Shown piece after piece: positions 8,192-18,262 of a stretch of DNA of 64,000 bases (within the stretch, counting starts at the first letter, position 1; each line of letters begins with the position of its first letter). The DNA comes from a virus. The position numbers and the translations under genes were made by a program. The stretch covers positions 8,436 through 72,435 of IMG/VR virus record IMGVR_UViG_3300028837_001398, one strand, 5' to 3'. The notes beneath the pieces are model-generated. The model searched no databases. It saw nothing but the letters and a program-made list of their open reading frames with translations, and was not told the origin of the DNA.

Positions 8192-9532
8192 ATGCGCTTC
8201 GCCAAGTGGATAATCCTCGTAGTCACCACCGTAGCGATCGGGGCGTTCCTCTGGACGCGGCCCGCGAAGGCACCCGTGCGACGCCCGCCCCAGTCGGGCC
8301 ATCCCGACATCTACATCTTCCTGATAGACGCCCTGCGCGCCGACCATGTGGGCTGCTACGGCTACCAGCGCCCCACCACCCCCAACATTGACGCCGTCAA
8401 TGCCCACACCCCCGCCACCTGGACCCGCCCCGCCGTCGCCTCCATATTCACCGGACTCGCACCGCCGCGCCACGGAGTCACAACCCACCATGATTCCCTG
8501 CCGCCCAGGGCGAACACCCTCGCCGAGAGGCTTCGCGGCCAGGGCTATCACACACACATGATTCAGACGAATGGAAACGCCTCGCACCATTTCGGGTTCG
8601 ACCAGGGATTCGCTGACTATGACTATGGCAAACGCACCGGGACTGCAGAATGGGCGCTCTCCAGGGTAAATCTCACAGCCGACAAGCCCCTCTTCCTCTA
8701 CGTACACATTATCGAACCCCATGCACCCTACGCTCCAAGTGAAGAGGCACTTCGCCTGTTCGATACCGGGATTGCCGGTTCTTGCGATGGCAGTCTTGAG
8801 GCGCTCAGCGGGGTCGGGTATCTCTGGCCCGACATCTCGCAAGAAGACCTGGCGCATCTGCGCGACCTCTACGACGGCGAGGTATGGGACGCAGACCGCG
8901 CCTTCGGGAACTTCGTCACGAAACTCAGCGACGCGGCGCGCTACGAGGATTCCCTGATTATCGTCCTTGCCGACCACGGTGAGGCGTTCGGCGAGCACAA
9001 CACGCTCGGCCACGGAAACATCCTCAACGTCGAGGAGATGCACATACCCCTGATAGTGAGATTCCCCGGCGGTGTACACGCTGGCCGGCAGATACAGACG
9101 CCCGTTACCCTGGTTGATCTGCTCCCCACGCTGCTTCTCCAAATCGGGGTAGAGCCGGACGAGGGGCTGTCCGGCTGGGACCTCGGTGCCATTCCCACTG
9201 CACGTTGTCCGGGCCGGGCAATCTACGCACATGTTTCGGGCGACGATCCCGAAGTCCGCGAACTCATAGGTGTCATAGACGCCCAGGGCTACAAGCGAGT
9301 TCTGGATACCTCGCGGGATCACTGGATTCCCAAGGAAGCACAAGGATTGTGGGACACACGCCAGGACCCCGGGGAGCGCCACCAGATAGAGGATGAGGAG
9401 CGCGCCGCCCAGTGTGCGGTAGTTGCCTCCCAATGGGTATCGTCGCAGCGTGCTGTCTCGCTGGAACGCCGTCACGTCACACTTCCCCCCGAGGCCCGCC
9501 AGGAACTTCAGGCTCTCGGCTACTTGCAGTAG
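8192..9532 (+). CDS. Membrane-anchored sulfatase-like (alkaline phosphatase superfamily) hydrolase/transferase; moron on the opposite strand
   Basis: N-terminal TM; IDALRADH, WTRPAVAS, HIIEPHAPY, YDGEV, ADHGE motifs and the LQALGYL end. Confidence 0.88.
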   Translation: MRFAKWIILVVTTVAIGAFLWTRPAKAPVRRPPQSGHPDIYIFLIDALRADHVGCYGYQRPTTPNIDAVNAHTPATWTRPAVASIFTGLAPPRHGVTTHHDSLPPRANTLAERLRGQGYHTHMIQTNGNASHHFGFDQGFADYDYGKRTGTAEWALSRVNLTADKPLFLYVHIIEPHAPYAPSEEALRLFDTGIAGSCDGSLEALSGVGYLWPDISQEDLAHLRDLYDGEVWDADRAFGNFVTKLSDAARYEDSLIIVLADHGEAFGEHNTLGHGNILNVEEMHIPLIVRFPGGVHAGRQIQTPVTLVDLLPTLLLQIGVEPDEGLSGWDLGAIPTARCPGRAIYAHVSGDDPEVRELIGVIDAQGYKRVLDTSRDHWIPKEAQGLWDTRQDPGERHQIEDEERAAQCAVVASQWVSSQRAVSLERRHVTLPPEARQELQALGYLQ

Positions 9533-9755
9533 TTTTGCGGAGCAGGTCCCGCAGCACCTGGCACGTCACCTCGATCTCCTTGAGGCGGATGTCCACCTTC
9601 TTCCAGGCGTCGCGGCGCCTGATAATCTCCTCCTGCTCCATCTCACCGCAGAGAGAGAGTTGGCAGCGCGTCCAGTTGCGATAGGTATCCAGGCTTTCGG
9701 CCCACAGTTGCCGCCGCTCTTGTGCGAGGCAGTTGAGAATCTCGGGTATGTTCAT
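9477..9755 (-). CDS. Hypothetical coiled-coil protein
   Basis: ATGA-coupled to the upstream gene; overlaps the sulfatase 3' end convergently. Confidence 0.5.
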   Translation of the reverse strand: MNIPEILNCLAQERRQLWAESLDTYRNWTRCQLSLCGEMEQEEIIRRRDAWKKVDIRLKEIEVTCQVLRDLLRKTTASSREPEVPGGPRGEV

Positions 9756-10219
9756 GGTGCCGGTGTGTTCCCGAAGCCATACCAATACAGCTTGCCACCC
9801 GGCTCAAACCAGATATGGCCCTGATCCTCTAACGGGCTTACACTCCGCCGCCCCATGAAGTCTCCCGTGTAGAGAATCCGCCCGTTCGGGATCGTGATTC
9901 CGCAGTCGGTCTGTGCCTGCGGCGCAGTGGTGCCGTCAACATAGATGTCCTGCGGTATCGAACCGCGGTCCGTCGTGATCTCCCAGCCGTAGTAACCCAC
10001 CTCGTCAACATCCTTACACCAGTTGCAGCCAGGGCATTCGTCGGGGTTGTCGAGTCCGGGACAGTTCGTCGCGACACAGGCATCCTTGGGCACCGACCAG
10101 CGACAGCATGAATAGCCCCAGGGTTCTGTGTCTGCATTGCAGTCATCCCGGTTGAGGAAGTCCCCACAGTGGTCAACCGTGTTCGTGCCTGTGATCTCAC
10201 CGTTCTTGCACTCGCTCAT
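9752..10219 (-). CDS. Cysteine-rich tail-associated protein
   Basis: ATGA-coupled to the fibre gene; 10 Cys in the first ~70 aa. Confidence 0.65.
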   Translation of the reverse strand: MSECKNGEITGTNTVDHCGDFLNRDDCNADTEPWGYSCCRWSVPKDACVATNCPGLDNPDECPGCNWCKDVDEVGYYGWEITTDRGSIPQDIYVDGTTAPQAQTDCGITIPNGRILYTGDFMGRRSVSPLEDQGHIWFEPGGKLYWYGFGNTPAP

Positions 10220-12183
10220 GCAACCGCCACTATCTCTCCACGGTTTTCCGAGGAGTTCCAACCCATCTTGAAGACCTGACCGTCGCCGAAGAATATGTAC
10301 TTGTCGCTGGCAATGAAGACATCGGCAATCTCCTTGCTTGTGCTGCCGAAGTCCAGGCCGCCCGCCGTGGCCGGGTAGAGCGCAGTCGCACTCAAAATCA
10401 GCTCCGCCACGCCGCCAATCGCCCACCGCAGGCTCGCCGAGGCGTAGTACATGCCGTAGGCCGTGGCTCCCGAGAAGCTGTACGTGGGCGCTGCCACAGT
10501 CCCGTTGGCTGCCCGAATGAGACCTTCAGCCGTGATGTTAGCGTTGTGTTCGATGGTCAGCGCTAGGCTCGGCGAGGTGCCTGCGTTGGCCGTAGTATAG
10601 AACTCCAGGCGCGTACCCTCGTGAGTCGCATCGAAGTTCTCGTTGGCAAGCGCCCTGATATCTGCGGTGTCCTCAAACCCAGCCCCATCATGGCCACCGA
10701 ACCGAAGCTGTCCAAGGTAGTCTCCGGACACGACGGCGGCGGGAGACGCCAGTGTTCCCCTCGCACGGAGTAGACTCAACGTAGGGCGATGGTAGGAGTA
10801 TGTGTCGGCATAGTTTGTGAAGAGAAGCTCTTGGTTCCTGTCAGCGTCCTTGATTACGTCAAGCTCGCCGTACACCGTGGCTTGCCCCGGAGCAAGCCGT
10901 GCGCACTCGGTCAGCGCCCCGGCATTCGCCACCCGGAAGGACAGCGCCCCCGTGTTGTCCGCCCCATTCCGCACCGCACAGACGCCCCCGAGGGTCTGCG
11001 GCCCGCTCGTCGCGTCTTCGACCTGGAACAGCACCCCGGCCCCGAATCCGTCCGCCATTTCGCCGTCGGTCACATGCTTGGCGATCAGTGGATGTACGAC
11101 GGTGTCGGTAGCCGCGTCGGAGATGATGGCCTTGAGGTGGTGGCCCCAGTCGCCCGTCTCGTACTCCGTCTGCGTCAGGTGGTGGAACTCCCTCGGCACC
11201 GTGGATTTGCCGCCCTGGATGCCTGGCAGCGCGTTGTGCTCGGTCAGCGTCCCGCTCGTGCCGAGACCGCCGCCGCGCCCCCTCGCCACGCCCGTCGCAG
11301 AACCCCTGCCTCCCTGCCCTGGAATGATGTGCCGCAGCGGGTGCTGGCCGCCGATCTGGCCCATGACGGCCTGCTCGCCCACGCTCGGAGCCGTTACCCC
11401 CGGCGCAATCGGGACGGACTTAATCGTGTGCCGCCGCTCATATAGCCGGAACCAGAGCCCCAGATCAGTGTGTACGCTGTACTCGCCCTCCGCATAGGGC
11501 GGCCGGTGTTTGCCGCCCGCCGAGGTGTCCTTGTGGCAAATGCCAGCCCCGACCTCCTCTAGCTTGCGGCACCACAGGCCCTGTGTGATCCACTGGTCCT
11601 CATCTGGCGGCGTCTCCTGTCCAGGGTCCGCCCCGCCAATGACGAGCCAGTATTGGACGCCCGGCGTCAGTGATATCTCATCGCCCTCTGCAAGCTGTAT
11701 CAGCCGCAGACACTCGCTATCGTGCGCAATAAAGCCAGCACCGCAGCCACCAAGTATGCCGACGTACACGGTGGGCTTCGGATCGCCCGACCAGATCGAG
11801 AACCAGGCTACGCCGGTCCCGGCTGCACCCAGCCCGCCCACGTTCCACTGGTGCAGCAGTAGCTCAACCGCCCCAACCTCGACGGCCCGCCCGACCGTGA
11901 AGGCGTAGGCCGCGCTCCGGGGCGCGGTCCCTATGGCATTGCTCACAGGATTGGTTTCGCCTGGTTCGCCTAGCGTCCGCGAGCAATCGTTTTGCGCGGC
12001 CACCGCGAGTTCGTCCTCATAGCGGACCACGTCCACCTCGCCAGCGCCGGCCGCGACGACCCTGACCGGTTCCGAATCCTGGACGTGCTCATCCTCGGCC
12101 ACCGCCCGCGTCCGCACCGCCGCCGCGAACTCCTCGGCCGCGGCGTCCAGCAGCACCCGCGCTATGGTCTGCCTAGCACTCAT
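10216..12183 (-). CDS. Tail fibre / receptor-binding protein
   Basis: Position after the baseplate genes; HNALPGIQGG...HLT and RARGT...SGDYLG.LRF...LEFYT fibre-shaft motifs. Confidence 0.75.
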   Translation of the reverse strand: MSARQTIARVLLDAAAEEFAAAVRTRAVAEDEHVQDSEPVRVVAAGAGEVDVVRYEDELAVAAQNDCSRTLGEPGETNPVSNAIGTAPRSAAYAFTVGRAVEVGAVELLLHQWNVGGLGAAGTGVAWFSIWSGDPKPTVYVGILGGCGAGFIAHDSECLRLIQLAEGDEISLTPGVQYWLVIGGADPGQETPPDEDQWITQGLWCRKLEEVGAGICHKDTSAGGKHRPPYAEGEYSVHTDLGLWFRLYERRHTIKSVPIAPGVTAPSVGEQAVMGQIGGQHPLRHIIPGQGGRGSATGVARGRGGGLGTSGTLTEHNALPGIQGGKSTVPREFHHLTQTEYETGDWGHHLKAIISDAATDTVVHPLIAKHVTDGEMADGFGAGVLFQVEDATSGPQTLGGVCAVRNGADNTGALSFRVANAGALTECARLAPGQATVYGELDVIKDADRNQELLFTNYADTYSYHRPTLSLLRARGTLASPAAVVSGDYLGQLRFGGHDGAGFEDTADIRALANENFDATHEGTRLEFYTTANAGTSPSLALTIEHNANITAEGLIRAANGTVAAPTYSFSGATAYGMYYASASLRWAIGGVAELILSATALYPATAGGLDFGSTSKEIADVFIASDKYIFFGDGQVFKMGWNSSENRGEIVAVA

Positions 12184-13688
12184 GCCACCATCCCCGTCAA
12201 CGAGCAGAGGCCGTTCTGTCGATCATAGGCGAGCGTGACCTCGTGTACCCAAAGATCAAAGGCGTCTCCCCGGGCACGGTTCACCGTCACCACGTCGCCC
12301 GGCTCAATCCGCAGGTCGGCCCGCGGCAGCTCGACGCGCGGCTTGCTCACGCTCTTCTGCACAAACGCCAGCTCCATCGCCGCGACCGCCTCCGCGTCCT
12401 CGTATCGGCAGGCGCACGGGGCCTGCACGGTCCTGCCCTTCTCGCCGTATGCGGCTATCAGCGAATCGTCCCAGGCCTGCACGTCGATGGTGGGGTGCGC
12501 GCTCGAGTGCGGATGGCCCATGACGTCCACCGCGAAATCCACCCGCACATCCCCAGCCGGTAGCCCGCACATCTCGGTACCTGCTCTGATCTGCACGTAG
12601 ACGACACATTCCATCCGTTCGGCCCCCGCGTTCCAGCCCCCGGAATCGCCGACGATGTGGATGTCCTGTATCTCCCCGCATTCGACAGCCCACCGGATGT
12701 TCTCGGTGTCCAGGCCAGTGTAGCCGACCCGGTAGAGTTGCTTCGTCGGCCCTGCAGCGTATATGTAGGCGAGGTACCCTGGGTAGGAGAACCAGTGTCT
12801 GCTGTAGTCGCCCCGAAAGAGTCGGTATGGCTCTCCATCGCCCTCCAACCCCTTCGAGTAGAACGCGTACTCGATGGTCGCCCACGGCTCCGGGTCTCCC
12901 AGAATCGGACGTTCCTCGCCGGAGGGTCCGCCGCTGACGAATATGCGCGTGGCGTCCGGCGCTCCGCGCCGCGGGTAGCCCAGGGAGGGAATAGCCGCGC
13001 TCGGCAGCGCCAGCACCGGGTCCCAGGTAGCGGGCAGCAGGTCGCCGTGCTTGAGCCTGCCGTCGTACCCGAAATAGACCCGCTTCGCGAGAGGCTGCAC
13101 GCAGGCATTGGCGGCCGCCAGCAAGCTCTCGTTCTCGAATTGGATGTGGTCGAGGAAGAAGGCGAGTGGGCTGAGGTCGAAGTCAGCATCAGCGAACCCC
13201 GCGAATCGCTTGAACAACTCCTTGACGACATGATCTGCTTGCGCCGGAGCAGGATCGCCGTACAAGGCACTCGTCATCTTTATCCCCGCGAGGTCCCGTC
13301 CCCGATTCCCCACCTGCACCCGCAACGGCCCGTCCGGCACCTGCTCCATCCCCCCGCAACTGAGTACACCCCCAGTGAGTACCGCATACAGGTAGCTCGT
13401 GCCATTCACCACCTCTCCAGCCTTGATCTCAATGGTGGCGGTGTTCGGTGCCAGCACCTCCTCCCATGCGCCGCCGGGATCGAATGCGCCGTCCGCGTTG
13501 TCCACGACGAGCGTCGCCTTGTCCACCGCACCCCGCAGGGAGCGCGTGAGCGACCAGCCGATGACGCGGTCGGTGATGTCCAGCGGATCCGGCGCGCCGC
13601 CCCAATCGCTCACCCGCACTTGATAGATAGACTGGTAACTCGTAGTCGCCAATGCCGCCGTGTAGGCCGCGTCAAGATCGCGCATCAT
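12180..13688 (-). CDS. Tail hub/baseplate (Tal-like) protein
   Basis: Second gene after the tape measure; LVVDNADGAFDP and LRIEPGDVVTV motifs typical of hub proteins. Confidence 0.7.
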   Translation of the reverse strand: MMRDLDAAYTAALATTSYQSIYQVRVSDWGGAPDPLDITDRVIGWSLTRSLRGAVDKATLVVDNADGAFDPGGAWEEVLAPNTATIEIKAGEVVNGTSYLYAVLTGGVLSCGGMEQVPDGPLRVQVGNRGRDLAGIKMTSALYGDPAPAQADHVVKELFKRFAGFADADFDLSPLAFFLDHIQFENESLLAAANACVQPLAKRVYFGYDGRLKHGDLLPATWDPVLALPSAAIPSLGYPRRGAPDATRIFVSGGPSGEERPILGDPEPWATIEYAFYSKGLEGDGEPYRLFRGDYSRHWFSYPGYLAYIYAAGPTKQLYRVGYTGLDTENIRWAVECGEIQDIHIVGDSGGWNAGAERMECVVYVQIRAGTEMCGLPAGDVRVDFAVDVMGHPHSSAHPTIDVQAWDDSLIAAYGEKGRTVQAPCACRYEDAEAVAAMELAFVQKSVSKPRVELPRADLRIEPGDVVTVNRARGDAFDLWVHEVTLAYDRQNGLCSLTGMVA

Positions 13689-14527
13689 CGCTCCCCAGTC
13701 AGCACGAGGTCGAGCCGCGCACCAGTAGCGTAGGCCTCATCGCTCAACGTTAGGGGCGGGAAGTCCCATTGCAGCCCGAACGCGACGGGCACCGCGTCGT
13801 AAAGTTGCCCATCATCCAGGTCCGCCTCCAGGCTGAGGCCCCTGGACCCATATGCGCCGACCAGCCCCCGGAGCACGAGGCACTGCCCGCCCTGCCACAC
13901 CGTCCCGCTCAGTTCCCCGTTGGCGAGCCCCCATGCCCAGGTCCCGTTCAGTTCGTACTTCGCGTGTGCGTTCGGCGCCACCACCTCTCCCGCGCACGAA
14001 ATCGTGCCCCCCGTGACCGCCGCTCCGTTCAGCACCAGCCATCCTTCCGTCGCCCCGATGGGCCAGGCGCAATCGGCGAAGATGTCTACGTCAGCGAAGG
14101 CCGCGCCAATGTCATTCGCGGTCAGTACCCCAAGCAGCCCCACGCGCTCATTCGGCAGGCCGCCATCCGTGTCCCATACCTCTACCCTCAACTCGCCCGC
14201 CATCCCCGTCTGCTTGAGCGTAAGCCGGGCCGCGGAAATCGCGGCGAAGCTGCCAGCCTCGACTGGGATCTTGTATGCCAGCATCTCGCCCGCGGTGATC
14301 GTATCCGCTACATCATCAGTCGCCGCGTACGTCCGTATCTGCGTTTTCCCCGGCGTGGCGTTGAGATCACTGAACGGCAGGACTACCACTTCGTCGGCGA
14401 TGTCGCCGCCCAGGACCGCCACTCTGCTCCCGCCGAGCGTCGGCGTCGTCCGCACGCGCGGCCGCCGAACGACTGGCCCCCAACCCTTCCTCGGCCTCTG
14501 CTCGAATGTATAGTAACCTAGCCTCAT
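13685..14527 (-). CDS. Distal tail protein-like
   Basis: ATG 14527 coupled to the tape-measure stop; beta-rich, with an inserted domain. Confidence 0.6.
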   Translation of the reverse strand: MRLGYYTFEQRPRKGWGPVVRRPRVRTTPTLGGSRVAVLGGDIADEVVVLPFSDLNATPGKTQIRTYAATDDVADTITAGEMLAYKIPVEAGSFAAISAARLTLKQTGMAGELRVEVWDTDGGLPNERVGLLGVLTANDIGAAFADVDIFADCAWPIGATEGWLVLNGAAVTGGTISCAGEVVAPNAHAKYELNGTWAWGLANGELSGTVWQGGQCLVLRGLVGAYGSRGLSLEADLDDGQLYDAVPVAFGLQWDFPPLTLSDEAYATGARLDLVLTGER

Positions 14528-17500
14528 GTCGTCACCCAGTAGCGCGAGAGCGCGCCCTCCAGAGCGCGGCCCAGCGGCCCTACGAGTCGGTCCCCAAGGC
14601 GCTCCACACCCACCGCGTCGAGCGCGTCCGCGGAGAGTTCCACTGTCAGGTTCTCGATCATCACTCCGCCAAGGCCTGGACCGGCAGCGGCCCCCGCGAA
14701 TGCCAGGGCCGGTGATGCTAACGGCGAGACGCTGGCGGCCATAGTCTGTGTCAGAGGAATCACCGCCTCCGGCCCGCTCTCGCCGATCATGGCCATCGTC
14801 GGTTGCGTTACTATCCCGCCGTGCTGGAGGAAGGGCAGGCTGAACCCCAAGGACATGGCCGCTTTGAGCATCACCCACTTGGCTATCATCGTAGCTACCA
14901 TCTCGGCAAAGGCAGTCTTGATCGCGTCCCAGATTCCGCTTAGAAAGCCCGACAGCTTCCCACCTTCCAGCATCACCCTCTTGATCGCGCTCGCGAACGC
15001 GTCCTGGATTTTCTCGGCTGTGTGTTGCCAGAGCAAGAGGATCTGGTTCCCGCTGTTGTCCCATGCTGCCTCGAGCAACGCCAACTGCCGTTCGATCTCC
15101 GCTCGCTCCTGGACGATGGTTTCTCTGCGTGCCAGGGACGCGCCATCCCATTCTGCCTGAAGCTCAGCGAGGCGGCCGACGAGTGCAGCGCGTACCTGCT
15201 CCGTGGTCTCTGGCATGGGAGGAAGTCCCGGCATAACCGGTGACACCACGGGCTCTCGCCGCAATGTCCCGAGCTCCGCCTGCAACCGTATCTGCTCGTC
15301 CAGCAGGGCGTTCAACTCTCGTACCGCGTCCTGCCAGGGGAGCGTGTCCTTGTAACCGAGGCTGGCGAGCTCCTCCATCTTCGTGCGCGCCTCGGTGATG
15401 GCTTCCGTCAGATCATCGAGCCGCGTATCGAATCCTGCGGCCAGCATCGGGGCATCGCTTGCGGTCCGCTTTATGCTCGTGTCGAGCTTGAACAACTCTT
15501 CGTTCGCCCCGACCAGCCGACTTTTCACTTCCGTCGCCCAGTTCCACACAGCCGGGTCTTTGGACTGCTGCGCGAGGCTGCCCCACTTCTCCGCTGCCCT
15601 CCTGAGCCACCCCACGTATTCCCTCAGCACCTGTATCCGCTGCTCGTCGTCTGCATCGGCGGCCGCGTAATCCAGCTTGGCCTTCAGCAACGCGCCGTAG
15701 GCCTGCACTGCCTCCAGAGCTGTCCGCCCCTCCCCGCCAGCCTCTGCACCGCCGCCGCCCTCTCCCCCGCGGCCGCTAGGTTCCTCCGCGGCACCACCGC
15801 TCGCCGCAGTCCGCCGCGCTTTCTCGGCCTTCTCTAGTTCCTCGACGAGGCCTATCCGTCTTCTGAGCTCCGCGCTGGTCTCTGCGAACTCTCGCCTGTA
15901 GTCAGCCTCTATTTTGACATCCCCCATCCTCGTGACGTAGCCGAATGAATACTTGTGGGCCGCTTCTTGCTCTGCCTTTAGCTCTGACAATAGCTGCTTC
16001 TGGTCTGCTACTGCCTGGCGGGCCGCCACCAAATCCGCGACCGCCGTCAAGCGCTCCAGGTTCGCCTCCACCCTAAGCGCATGGACGTAGTCCTCGTGCG
16101 CCTGCCGAGCCTTCTTGACCAGTTCGGTCAGGTTGAACGTGGCCCGCCCCTGCTCGTCATAGGACTTGACAACCTCTGGATAGATGGCGGCCAGGTCCTG
16201 TAGGGCGGCATGGTATTTCTTGTGCTCCTCCGTAGCCAAGTGGGCCTTCTTGCCCAGGCGCTCGACGATCTCGTACGCGTCACTAGCCTCCTTGTTGATG
16301 GCCCGCTGCTCCGCCGTGATGGGCTTAGCCACGCCAATGTACGCGTCCCATGCCTTCTTCGCCCCCCATATTGCCGCCGCCAACGCGCCGATGGCGATCA
16401 CGACCAGGGCTATCGGCCCACCCGCGGCTGCCAATGATGCAGCGGATGCCCCTACTGCTCCCAGCCCTCCCGCGCCAGCGATGGTCGCGAGCATCGTCAT
16501 AACGCTCGGCAAAGCGATCAGAAGCGGACCGAGCGCAAGCATGAGGGCGCCGAACCCAGCCGCCGCGAGCGTGAGCCCTTTCGTCAACTGTGGATGCAGA
16601 CGCATCTGCGCCTCGATCCAGTTCAGGATCGGTTCGCCCGCGCTCAACAAGTCCCCCAGTACTGGAACCAGGCCGTCACCAATCCGAGTGATCGTGGTCT
16701 CTACGCGTCGTCGGAACTGAGCCAGGGCAAACCCGGTCGCGTTGATTCCCTCCGTCTGCTCCGAGAAGGCAGCATCGGCCTCACCCGTGGCCTTGGTCAT
16801 GCCGCCGAGCTTCTCGACATACACATCGGTCTGCGCACCGGTGAGCGCCAGGACAATAGGGAGGGCTTCCACCTGACTGATATAGTCGATCATCTGGTGG
16901 CCGCCCGCCTTCGCCTCCTTTGCGATTAGCTGAAGCGTTCCGATCAGTCCGAGGTCGGCGAGCATGGCCTTGCCCGACGCATAGTCATGCTTCTCGAGCA
17001 ATACTATCATCTCTTTTTGCGGGTTCATCAGAGCATTTAGGACGCCTCTGAATTGCGTGACGACGAGATTGGCAGTGCCCGTTACCCCCGTACCCGTCGC
17101 CATCACCGCGAAGAGTTCTTCCTGGCTGATCCCCATATCGTTGGCCATAGAGATTACTAGGCCCATGCTCGACGCCAGTTCGGGGAAAGTGGTCTGTCCC
17201 ATGCGAACAGTCGCGAATGCCAGATCGGCGACGTGGCGTAACGCAGCGGCAGACGTGTCACCGTAGCCCTTTGTGACTGCCGACAGCAGATTCAACGCCT
17301 CGACGGTCTGCGCCCGTCCCGCAACGCCCGCCCTGGTAACGATGTTCAGCTTCTCCTCGGTGTCGGCCGCATCGCCGAAGGCAGAGATAACCTGATACAG
17401 ACCCTCGGTCAGGTCGCTCATGGCTTTACCCGTCTCGACGGAAAGCCGCATGATCTCCGTCCGGAATTCTAGGACGCGCTCGGTGGCCCTCGGAATGAGG

Positions 17501-17790
17501 GTTGCGACATTCGCCATGCCTTCATTCAGGTCCACCGAGAACTTGACGGCGCCAACACTGAATGCGGCGATGCTGGCGCCTACTGCCGTCATCGCCATGC
17601 CTACAGCGCGGATCGCTCCGGCGTTCTTCTGGATCGCCGCGTTCGCTTTCGCGAACCCGAGTGACATACTCGCGCCCGTCTTTGCCGCCGCGGCGTCCAC
17701 CTTGCCGAGGTCCCCGGTGGTCTGCTTAGCGTTCGTGACGATTCGCCCGAAGAGCGTGAATATCTCAGCGCCCACGTTCTCTCCTCTCAC
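14524..17790 (-). CDS. Tail tape measure protein (TP901 family)
   Basis: 1088 aa Ala-rich helical protein with TP901 core (GQTTFPELASSMG), hydrophobic segments and C-terminal GGIVTQPTMAMIGESGPEAVIPL. Confidence 0.93.
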   Translation of the reverse strand: MRGENVGAEIFTLFGRIVTNAKQTTGDLGKVDAAAAKTGASMSLGFAKANAAIQKNAGAIRAVGMAMTAVGASIAAFSVGAVKFSVDLNEGMANVATLIPRATERVLEFRTEIMRLSVETGKAMSDLTEGLYQVISAFGDAADTEEKLNIVTRAGVAGRAQTVEALNLLSAVTKGYGDTSAAALRHVADLAFATVRMGQTTFPELASSMGLVISMANDMGISQEELFAVMATGTGVTGTANLVVTQFRGVLNALMNPQKEMIVLLEKHDYASGKAMLADLGLIGTLQLIAKEAKAGGHQMIDYISQVEALPIVLALTGAQTDVYVEKLGGMTKATGEADAAFSEQTEGINATGFALAQFRRRVETTITRIGDGLVPVLGDLLSAGEPILNWIEAQMRLHPQLTKGLTLAAAGFGALMLALGPLLIALPSVMTMLATIAGAGGLGAVGASAASLAAAGGPIALVVIAIGALAAAIWGAKKAWDAYIGVAKPITAEQRAINKEASDAYEIVERLGKKAHLATEEHKKYHAALQDLAAIYPEVVKSYDEQGRATFNLTELVKKARQAHEDYVHALRVEANLERLTAVADLVAARQAVADQKQLLSELKAEQEAAHKYSFGYVTRMGDVKIEADYRREFAETSAELRRRIGLVEELEKAEKARRTAASGGAAEEPSGRGGEGGGGAEAGGEGRTALEAVQAYGALLKAKLDYAAADADDEQRIQVLREYVGWLRRAAEKWGSLAQQSKDPAVWNWATEVKSRLVGANEELFKLDTSIKRTASDAPMLAAGFDTRLDDLTEAITEARTKMEELASLGYKDTLPWQDAVRELNALLDEQIRLQAELGTLRREPVVSPVMPGLPPMPETTEQVRAALVGRLAELQAEWDGASLARRETIVQERAEIERQLALLEAAWDNSGNQILLLWQHTAEKIQDAFASAIKRVMLEGGKLSGFLSGIWDAIKTAFAEMVATMIAKWVMLKAAMSLGFSLPFLQHGGIVTQPTMAMIGESGPEAVIPLTQTMAASVSPLASPALAFAGAAAGPGLGGVMIENLTVELSADALDAVGVERLGDRLVGPLGRALEGALSRYWVTT

Positions 17791-18262
17791 GCCTCATCGC
17801 CTTGCGCTTTGCCCGCGCCGCTCTCTGCTGACCTCTGCCGAGGACCTCCCGCCTGTGCGTCCTGAAGTATTCCAACGTCCGCTCTGCGCTCTGCATCGCC
17901 TCATCCTTGCTCGCAAGCCCCATCCGTTTGGCCTGCTCCCGCGGCCTTTGAGGCCCATCCAGTCCGAGCGCCTTCGCATAGGCCCCGAAGTCTCCGACCT
18001 TGTTGCCGCCGACCATCACGGCCGCAAATTGCCAGCCCACGAAGGCCGCCCTCCTCAGCTTGTCCCGTTCCTCGTCATCCCGCGCCTCTGCCAACGCATC
18101 AAGCACCTCGTACCACCGGGCCAGCCGGAGCCGCCGCGGGTCCGTCAGGACGTCGTCGGACCACCCGTACCGGTGTTGGACGAGATCGAGGACCCGTCGG
18201 AAGGAGAGGTATGCCCCGCTCTTTTCTGGTTCGAGTTGTCTGCGACCCCATCGGCTAAAAAA
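17765..18262 (-). CDS. Tail assembly chaperone GT extension (reached by -1 frameshift)
   Basis: The -1 frame is open from the slippery site (..SRWGRRQLE..VQHRYGWSDDVL..) into ORF 17765-18106. Confidence 0.75.
   Translation of the reverse strand, partial: FFSRWGRRQLEPEKSGAYLSFRRVLDLVQHRYGWSDDVLTDPRRLRLARWYEVLDALAEARDDEERDKLRRAAFVGWQFAAVMVGGNKVGDFGAYAKALGLDGPQRPREQAKRMGLASKDEAMQSAERTLEYFRTHRREVLGRGQQRAARAKRKAMRRERRERGR

Noticed and set aside
8123-9475. 450-aa minus-strand ORF
   Set aside because: Antisense shadow of the sulfatase-like gene with no motifs; long shadow ORFs are common at this GC content
14528-15151. Upstream extension of ORF 13685-15151
   Set aside because: Overlaps the tape measure 3' end; the coupled ATG at 14527 is the better start
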